From assembly GCA_031425655.1 (NCBI GenBank), contig JANPJS010000129.1, forward strand, positions 1 through 13,605: 13,605 nucleotides of DNA, in the 5' to 3' direction. Both the position numbers and the translations under genes were made by a program. This stretch comes from Abditibacteriaceae bacterium. Its GTDB lineage: Bacteria > Armatimonadota > Abditibacteriia > Abditibacteriales > Abditibacteriaceae. Below, one piece after another: positions 8,301-13,605 of this stretch. The notes under the pieces were generated by a model, which saw nothing but the letters and a program-made list of their open reading frames with translations, did not search any database and was not told the DNA's origin. How positions within the stretch are numbered: position 1 is the first letter of the stretch; the number at the start of each line of letters is the position of its first letter.

Positions 8301-8502
8301 CCGCTTCTTCGATGGCGGTCGCGGGCAACTGCGGATTGATAATTTCCAGGTGCCGCCGCAAACGGTCAACGAGAATCACCTGCCGGTAATTCTCGCGTTC
8401 GGGCTTTGCAGCATCCGGTTTTAACTCGAAGGCGTAACTGTAGCCCAGTTCGCGCAGCCAATCGAGGACGGTTTGTTCGAGATGATCTTCGATGATAGGC
8501 AT
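5362..8502 (-). CDS. hsdR: Type I restriction endonuclease subunit R, 1046 aa
   Basis: Nuclease motifs RRPD...IELK and QLQNY. Helicase motifs WHTQGSGKS, DEAH, FTGTP, MWLTGFD, QAIARVNR. DUF3387-like C-terminus (VTVDW...KYKYPPD). Confidence 0.97.
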   Translation of the reverse strand: MPIIEDHLEQTVLDWLRELGYSYAFELKPDAAKPERENYRQVILVDRLRRHLEIINPQLPATAIEEAVLLLQNPDVPGFVAANRQFHRWLRDGVPVEFQRDGETVGDLVRLVDFSDPNANEWLAVNQFSIQGLPISGQKHTRRPDVLIFLNGLPIVVIELKNPADKNADIWKAFEQLQNYKEQIPDLFFSNEILVVADGVTARYGSLTADKERFMHWRIIEGHGLDPLGPHRETETLVRGLLRRDVLLKFLRDGVLFEDEGGVLIKKIAGFHQYRAVQKAFERALEASAPSDGTSAAGDRKGGVVWHTQGSGKSITMALYAAKVLSAAPMKNPTIVCVTDRNDLDGQLFETFGEAHELLRQTPLQATSRAQLRHLLKSRPAGGVIFTTIQKFLPFEEEDAFPQLSDRENIVVICDEAHRTQYGITGTMNRKTGVMQYGLAKHMRDALPHATFIAFTGTPVSLEERDTQATFGPYVDVYDMQMAQQDGAIVPIYYDSHPIPLDTQKAVLPLVDEEVAELTEDEEESEKAKLTTQWTETARIAGLQPRLEQLGADLVAHFEKRVEAMGGKAMAVCMSRENCVRLYDEIIKLRPAWHSDDPAQGEIKVIMTGSASDKSLLRPHIYSRQVRKDIEKRFKDPDDELKLVIVRDMWLTGFDVPPLHTLYVDKIMQGHTLMQAIARVNRVFRDKPGGLVMDYIGIANELKEALRQYASADKPLDESGDLAQRVLPKLKEHLETVHGILHGFDWSDFATDGHLILGEAVDHILGLAPDSKGRDGKQRFSESVRLISRAFALCATLPEAIVYREEIAFLQAIEATLHKGETVSKKQQSHQREEVVRQLMSKAVASEGVQDLFALVGLEKPNIGLLSEAFLKEVTGLKQKNVAVELLERLLRDEIRTRAGASVVQNRKFSEKLEESLVRYHNRAIETAQVIEELVQMAREFNAALNRGESLGLSNDEVAFYDALLTNEAALQEMSDEALKAIARELTTNLRNSVTVDWNVREAVRARLRLMVKRTLRKYKYPPDAEKRAIDLVLEQAEASSEQWAN

Positions 8503-8514
8503 GGAGATTAAAAG

Positions 8515-9534
8515 TCAGTCAAGCAATTGAAGTAAGCGGGCGATTTGTTCGGGTTCGGGCAGTTGGCCTTTGTATTCCTGGGGCAAATCGGGCGTCAGGC
8601 GATAAGTGGCGACGCCAATAGGCTGATTCGACTCGCGGAGCGCGTATTCTACAATCGTCTGGTTTTTGGCGCGGCACAAAATAATGCCTATAGGCGGATT
8701 TTCACCGTTTTGGCGTTCGCGTTCGTTGAGCACAGCCAAATAGAACTGCATTTTACCGGCATATTCAGGCAGAAACGGCCCGATTTTCAGTTCCAACACC
8801 ACTAAGCAACGCAGCGTGCGGTGATAAAGCAACAGGTCGAGAAAATATTCCTGATCGCCTACTTCGAGCCGGTATTGGCTGCCAATGAACGCCAATTTGC
8901 CGCCCATTTCGCGCAAAAACGGTTCGATTTTGCCTAAAATGGCTGCTTCGAGTTGTCTTTCGCTGTATTCGTCGGCCAGTTCCAAAAAATCGAAGGTGTA
9001 TTCGTCTTTGACGGCTAACGCGGCGTGTTCGCTTAATTGTGGCGGCAGGCTTTGTGCGAAATTCGTTTGATTGGCAAATGTCTTTTGATAAGTCTGGTTT
9101 TCGATTTGGATCGCCAGAACGTTTTTCGTCCAACCATGACGGCGCGTCATCTTCAAATAGAACTCGCGCTGCAAATCGTCGTGGCACTTGTCGAGGATGA
9201 TGAGATTGTGCGACCATCCGATTTCTGCAACCAGTGGTTGCAGTTTTTCCGAGTCGCAGTAAGTCACGAAGAATTCGCGGGCATACCAGAGATTGCGCTC
9301 CGAGAAACCGCCTACACCAGGGAACTCCAAGCGCAGGTCGGCAGCCAGTTGGCGCACAATGGATTTGCCCCAACTCTGCGCATCCTGACGCTTGGCAATC
9401 AGCCGCCCGATGTCCCAATACAGGGCGATTAACTCGCGATTGACGGCGCGCAACGCCTCATATTGTGCGGCGCGAATGCGGCCCTTGACTTCATCCAATA
9501 ACGCGCCGTAATCGGCGGGCAAAATGTCGCTCAT
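8515..9534 (-). CDS. yhcG: DUF1016/YhcG-family PD-(D/E)xK nuclease (copy B), 339 aa
   Basis: AVNRELIALYWDIG, FSERNL, WSHN, KDEYTFDFL, SQYRL...YFLDLLLYHRTLRCLVVLELK, GKMQFYL, PPIGIILC. The ATG overlaps the hsdS stop (ATGA, 9531-9534). Confidence 0.92.
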   Translation of the reverse strand: MSDILPADYGALLDEVKGRIRAAQYEALRAVNRELIALYWDIGRLIAKRQDAQSWGKSIVRQLAADLRLEFPGVGGFSERNLWYAREFFVTYCDSEKLQPLVAEIGWSHNLIILDKCHDDLQREFYLKMTRRHGWTKNVLAIQIENQTYQKTFANQTNFAQSLPPQLSEHAALAVKDEYTFDFLELADEYSERQLEAAILGKIEPFLREMGGKLAFIGSQYRLEVGDQEYFLDLLLYHRTLRCLVVLELKIGPFLPEYAGKMQFYLAVLNERERQNGENPPIGIILCRAKNQTIVEYALRESNQPIGVATYRLTPDLPQEYKGQLPEPEQIARLLQLLD

Positions 9535-10847
9535 GAGACTGTCACGTCCTCGGCTAACGCCTCCACCCGCAACTCTCCCGAAATCAAACGCGGCAACAAA
9601 CTGTCGCGCACTTGCGCCAAAGTGCGGGATTGCGTGCTATTTTGCGCGATTAACGCGGCCAAAGGCTGAATTGCATCTGCGAAAGCGCCGCAAATCGGCT
9701 CATCAGGCACACAAAGCAGAAATTGCCCAAGCGCGCTGGTTTGGACTCTCTGGCGTCCACTCGTTCCTGTCATGCTTTGGATAGCATGGGCGCGAAAATC
9801 TTCGTGGCGGCAGAGCAAATAGCCAAAGTATTCTGGCAATGGCGGGCAAGGGCGCAGAACAATAAATTCAGTCGAACCCCAGCCGACTTCATCCTGTTTT
9901 AGAAAATCTACGAACGCTGTTTTTCCATTTTCGAGGCACGGCGTAATGCGTGCTAAAAGCGTGTCGCCGTTGATGAATTTCATTCCTGAACTAAATTCTC
10001 GTTGCATCCAACCTGCCGGGCGGTGTCCCTGAGTCGGCGCGTTTGACATATCCAAATAAGTTGATTCTCGGCCTTTGCTGATTTGCCGCGTCGGATTGAT
10101 TTCAAACGCTTCCGCCAAACTCCGCACTTTCCACCCCTGCGGAATCGGCCCCAATTCGCTTTCGACCAACGCCGAGGGAAACAGCGCGGCAGTTTCGGCA
10201 TCGAGTCCGACGGGCGCGAGTCCGGCGGCTTTGGCTTTGACCGGCTCGAAATCCACGAACCACGCGCGAAACAGCGTTTGCGCCATCGCTTCGAGCGTTG
10301 CGTTCATGCGCCGATTGAGTTCGATTTTGTCGTCAAGGCTGGATAAAATGCGCGCGATGGCGCGTTGTTCGGGAAGAGGCGGAAGCGAAAGAGATAAATT
10401 GACTAAATCTGAACTGGTAATCCCAGCCACGGCAACTTGACGCCCAATCCCGTCCATTAAAGAGCGACCTACCGGGGAATTAAACCAATAATAAAGAAAT
10501 TGGCTATTAGCCACCTGAGAATCGGGCCGTGCTCGAATAATGGAAGATTCAAGAACGGTCGGCTCATTAACTTCGCACACCAAAGAACACCGCCCTGCCC
10601 CCGCTGCGGTTAAAGAACGACGGGCAAAGAGAAGATCACCAGCTTGTAAACCAAACCGTTTAAGCTCATCGGGAGTCACACGGATACGTCGCATTGGCAC
10701 ATCAAAAAGGCGTGGATAGGCAAACAATTCGCCCATATTAACAATTTTTGCCCCCTCGCCGTGGAATTCTTTGGGTTTGTATAGTCCGTTGCGAGTATTT
10801 TCAGCGAGTGTTTCGCGGAATTTCACTTCTTTCCACTCAGATTTCAT
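9531..10847 (-). CDS. hsdS: Type I R-M specificity subunit S with two TRDs, 438 aa
   Basis: TRD1, then conserved LPPLPEQRAIARILSSLDDKIELNRRMN...ELGPIPQGW, then TRD2, then RDSLLPRLISGELRV. Lies within the hsd operon. Confidence 0.95.
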   Translation of the reverse strand: MKSEWKEVKFRETLAENTRNGLYKPKEFHGEGAKIVNMGELFAYPRLFDVPMRRIRVTPDELKRFGLQAGDLLFARRSLTAAGAGRCSLVCEVNEPTVLESSIIRARPDSQVANSQFLYYWFNSPVGRSLMDGIGRQVAVAGITSSDLVNLSLSLPPLPEQRAIARILSSLDDKIELNRRMNATLEAMAQTLFRAWFVDFEPVKAKAAGLAPVGLDAETAALFPSALVESELGPIPQGWKVRSLAEAFEINPTRQISKGRESTYLDMSNAPTQGHRPAGWMQREFSSGMKFINGDTLLARITPCLENGKTAFVDFLKQDEVGWGSTEFIVLRPCPPLPEYFGYLLCRHEDFRAHAIQSMTGTSGRQRVQTSALGQFLLCVPDEPICGAFADAIQPLAALIAQNSTQSRTLAQVRDSLLPRLISGELRVEALAEDVTVS

Positions 10848-10859
10848 AGTCCAACCTCG
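10837..10859 (-). repeat. 23-bp direct repeat, copy at the yhcG(A) stop / hsdS start
   Basis: Minus strand CGAGGTTGGACTATGAAATCTGA; 21/23 identical to 11892-11914. Confidence 0.85.
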
Positions 10860-11902
10860 TCTTCTGTCCGCTCGCGCGCGGCGATTTGCGCCAGTCCCCG
10901 GCGCCGCGCTTCTTCGATTTTGCGGTGCAGCAAGGCGGGCGGCAAATGCTGCGTGATGTATTGGGCAACGTGGATGTCGGTTTTGCCGATTTGCAGCAGT
11001 TCCAACTGCTCGGCACCGGCCTGCGCGCAGAGAATCAGGCCAATCGGCGCTTCTTCGCCGAGCGCGCGTTCGTGCTTATCGAGCCAGCGCAGATAAAGCT
11101 CCATCTGGCCTTTGAAACCCGGCTCAAACTTGCCGATTTTCAGGTCGAGCGCCACCAGACGCCGCAAATGGCGATGATAAAACAGCAAGTCGAGATAGAA
11201 ATCGTCGCCGTCCACCGTGATGCGCTTCTGCCGCGCCACGAACGCGAAGCCTTCGCCCAGTTCCAAAAGAAACCGCTCCATTTCGCGCAGCAAAGCAGCT
11301 TCGAGGTCGCGCTCGCTGTAGGCGTCGTCGAGTCCGAGAAACGGCAGCACATACGGGTCGCGAAAGACTAAATCGGGCGTCCAGCGGTCTTCGTCGCGCA
11401 GCGCCGCCAAATCGCGGCGCACTAATTCGTCGGTGTTGCGCGACAAAGCCGTGCGTGTGAACAGCGCCCCGGCGATTTCTTTTCGCAAGCCGCGCACGCT
11501 CCAGCGGCAAGCGTGGCACATCGTCGCGTAAAACTCGCGCTCCAACGGCTCGCGCAACGATAGGACTTCGACGAAGTGGCTCCACGACAGCACTTCGGAA
11601 AGTTTTTCGACGACAGCGCGGTCGGGAAACGTTTCCGCGAACTTGACCATTTGCCACAAATTCCGCTTGCTGTAGCCCAGTCCAAACTCGCCGGTCAATT
11701 GTGCAGACAGTGTCTGCACAATTCGCGCGCCGTAGTCGGCTCGCTCTTCTCCGAGGATTTCGACGCGAATACGCTGCCCCAAATCCCAGTAGAGCAGCAC
11801 CAGTTCGCGGTTGACGGCAACCGCCGCGCGTTGCCGCGCCCCTTCGATTAAACCGCGCACATCGGCCAATAAACCAGAATCCAGCACAATTTCAGATTTC
11901 AT
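10844..11902 (-). CDS. yhcG: DUF1016/YhcG-family PD-(D/E)xK nuclease (copy A), 352 aa
   Basis: [81 protein letters not shown]. Overlaps hsdM by 11 nt and hsdS by 4 nt. Confidence 0.92.
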   Translation of the reverse strand: MKSEIVLDSGLLADVRGLIEGARQRAAVAVNRELVLLYWDLGQRIRVEILGEERADYGARIVQTLSAQLTGEFGLGYSKRNLWQMVKFAETFPDRAVVEKLSEVLSWSHFVEVLSLREPLEREFYATMCHACRWSVRGLRKEIAGALFTRTALSRNTDELVRRDLAALRDEDRWTPDLVFRDPYVLPFLGLDDAYSERDLEAALLREMERFLLELGEGFAFVARQKRITVDGDDFYLDLLFYHRHLRRLVALDLKIGKFEPGFKGQMELYLRWLDKHERALGEEAPIGLILCAQAGAEQLELLQIGKTDIHVAQYITQHLPPALLHRKIEEARRRGLAQIAARERTEDEVGL

Positions 11903-11914
11903 AACCCAACCTCG
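11892..11914 (-). repeat. 23-bp direct repeat, copy at the hsdM stop / yhcG(A) start
   Basis: Minus strand CGAGGTTGGGTTATGAAATCTGA; 21/23 identical to 10837-10859. Confidence 0.85.
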
Positions 11915-13475
11915 CCAGATTGCTTTTAATCTCCGCTTCCAACGCGTCGCTTTGCGCGAATTGCTGGCGCAACTCCATCACTAAGGTGCCCATTTTTTCG
12001 GCGAAGGCGGTTTCGTCTTCTTCGACGGCTTCGGCGCCGACGTAGCGGCCCGGCGTGAGAATGTAATCGTTTTTAGCGATGTCTTCGAGCTTCGCCGATT
12101 TGCAAAAACCGGGCACATCTTCGTAAGGTTTCGCGATTTCGCCGTCCGCGCGCCATGTGTGATAGGTTCCGGCAATGCGCTCCACAATATCTGCGTTATC
12201 GAAAACGCGATGCACGCGGGTTTCGAGGCGCCCCAATTTGCGCGCATCAATAAACAGCACTTCGCCTTTGCAGTCGCGCCCGCCACGCGCCGATTTATCG
12301 CGCGCTAAAAACCACAGGCAGGCGGGGATTTGCGTGTTGAGAAACAATTGCGGCGGCAAAGCAACCATGCACTCGACCACATCGGATTCGACCATCTTGC
12401 GGCGAATCACGCCTTCGTTGTTTTGCGATGACGACATCGAACCATTGGCCAGCACCACACCGGCGCGGCCCTGCGGCGCTAAGTGATGCAAAATGTGCTG
12501 CAACCACGCATAGTTGGCGTTGCCCTGCGAGGGCGTGCCATAAAGCCAGCGCACGTTGCTTTCGAGTTTGGGATGCCACCAATCGGAATCGTTAAGCGGC
12601 GGATTGGCCAGCACGAAATCGGCTTTCAAATCGGGATGCTGATCGTTGGTGTAAGAGTTGGCGGCTTCGCGGCCCAAATCGAAATCCATGCCGCGAATGG
12701 CAAGGTTCATGGCGGCGAGGCGCCACGTTGTCGGGTTGCTTTCCTGTCCGTAAATCGAAATGTCTCCAAAACGCCCTTCGTGACTTTCGACGAACTTTTC
12801 CGACTGCACAAACATTCCGCCCGAACCACAGCACGGGTCGTAAACGCGGCCTTTATGCGGCGCCAAAATCTCCACCAGCACACGCACGACGGAAGCGGGC
12901 GTATAAAACTGACCGCCTTTTTTGCCTTCGGCGCTGGCAAATTCACCGAGAAAATACTCGTAAACCTCGCCCAACACATCGCGGGCGACGGCGCCCGGTT
13001 CGTTGAATCCAATTTCCGAAATCAGGTTGACCAGTTCGCCCAGTCGCCCCACTTCAAACGGCGTGCGCGCGAATCGTTTGTCCAGTAAGCCTTTTAATTT
13101 GGGGTTGTCGGCTTCGATAGCCTCCAGCGCACGGTCAATGATGACACCTAATTCGGGCTGCGTCGCCTGATTCTGAATACTCGACCATCGCGCCGATTCC
13201 GGCACCCAAAAAACGTTTTTCTCGGCGTAGTAGTCGCGGTCTTCGAGTTCTTGTTCCAAGCGTCCCGGTTCGTTCAACAAGTCGCCGAGATAATCCATAT
13301 CTTCGGGATCGGTGAAGCGCTTTTTCAGTTCGGCGCGCTGTGCCTCGAACGAATCGGAGATGTATTTCAGGAAAATCAAACCAAGAACGATGTGCTTGTA
13401 TTCCGCCGCATCCATGTTGGAGCGCAGCTTGTCCGCCATCGCCCACAGGGTGCGTTTTTGAAGAGCATTGAGCAT
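11892..13475 (-). CDS. hsdM: Type I R-M DNA methyltransferase subunit M, 527 aa (atypical motif IV NPPL)
   Basis: N-terminal [34 protein letters not shown], motif [15 protein letters not shown], motif [23 protein letters not shown]. Confidence 0.95.
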   Translation of the reverse strand: MLNALQKRTLWAMADKLRSNMDAAEYKHIVLGLIFLKYISDSFEAQRAELKKRFTDPEDMDYLGDLLNEPGRLEQELEDRDYYAEKNVFWVPESARWSSIQNQATQPELGVIIDRALEAIEADNPKLKGLLDKRFARTPFEVGRLGELVNLISEIGFNEPGAVARDVLGEVYEYFLGEFASAEGKKGGQFYTPASVVRVLVEILAPHKGRVYDPCCGSGGMFVQSEKFVESHEGRFGDISIYGQESNPTTWRLAAMNLAIRGMDFDLGREAANSYTNDQHPDLKADFVLANPPLNDSDWWHPKLESNVRWLYGTPSQGNANYAWLQHILHHLAPQGRAGVVLANGSMSSSQNNEGVIRRKMVESDVVECMVALPPQLFLNTQIPACLWFLARDKSARGGRDCKGEVLFIDARKLGRLETRVHRVFDNADIVERIAGTYHTWRADGEIAKPYEDVPGFCKSAKLEDIAKNDYILTPGRYVGAEAVEEDETAFAEKMGTLVMELRQQFAQSDALEAEIKSNLARLGYEI

Positions 13476-13517
13476 AAGGAGTTATTGAGGTTCACGACCG
13501 GCGGTAAGGTTTCGCTT

Positions 13518-13527
13518 ATTCTAACCC
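13518..13527 (-). promoter_or_regulatory. Candidate -10 element (GGGTTAGAAT) for the hsd operon
   Basis: TAGAAT ends 42 nt upstream of the hsdM ATG. The same GGGTTA(A/G)AAT context lies upstream of the isomerase gene (1213-1222). Confidence 0.35.
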
Positions 13528-13549
13528 GACTTGCTACCTTCAACATCCA

Positions 13550-13603
13550 GCGACTAAAGTCGCGGCTGAGGAGCCTGCGGCTGGCAGTCCGCCTGCGCGG
13601 ACT
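13550..13603. repeat. REP-like element of the same family as at the window start
   Basis: Hairpin GCGACT-AA-AGTCGC (13550-13563) followed by AGTCCGCCTGCGCGGACT (13586-13603), which is 17/18 identical to 6-23. Confidence 0.75.
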
Positions 13604-13605
13604 GA

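Noticed and set aside
6991..8424. Long antisense ORFs over hsdR (240 aa and 204 aa), and similar ones over hsdM, yhcG and the isomerase
   Set aside because: Shadow frames of GC-rich genes with no recognisable motifs, fully overlapping well-supported CDSs.
8500..9552. Possible direct repeats flanking yhcG(B) (GACGTGACAGTCTCATG vs GACTGACTTTTAATCTCCATG on the - strand)
   Set aside because: Needs several gaps to align and is far weaker than the 23-bp pair around yhcG(A); not distinguishable from chance.
9531..10847. Phase-variable hsdS (shufflon or simple-sequence repeat)
   Set aside because: Single hsdS with no silent TRD copies, no recombinase, and no long homopolymer or tandem tract seen.
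13476..13605. + strand AAGGAG followed by TTG (13485) and an open frame to the window end
   Set aside because: SD-start spacing is only 3 nt and the frame runs through the REP element; no coding evidence.

Overview
Moderately high-GC bacterial segment that starts and ends in the same REP-like palindrome family, so it may be a whole contig broken at repeats. Left half: a xylose-isomerase-family gene (-), divergent from four + strand genes for predicted exported proteins (Tat-type purple acid phosphatase, PQQ/BamB-like beta-propeller, lipoprotein MsrA, PAP2 phosphatase). Right half (5362-13475, -): a compact Type I restriction-modification operon with two divergent DUF1016/YhcG PD-(D/E)xK nuclease genes interleaved: hsdM-yhcG(A)-hsdS-yhcG(B)-hsdR. 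Main observations: (1) yhcG(A) is bracketed by a 23-bp direct repeat that duplicates the hsdM-stop/hsdS-start junction, like a cleanly excisable cassette. (2) HsdM has NPPL in place of the catalytic NPP(F/Y/W), while HsdR looks intact. (3) The whole 12-nt spacer before hsdR is a perfect inverted copy of a 12-mer near the 3' end of hsdM. No integrase, transposase, tRNA, rRNA or CRISPR array was seen.
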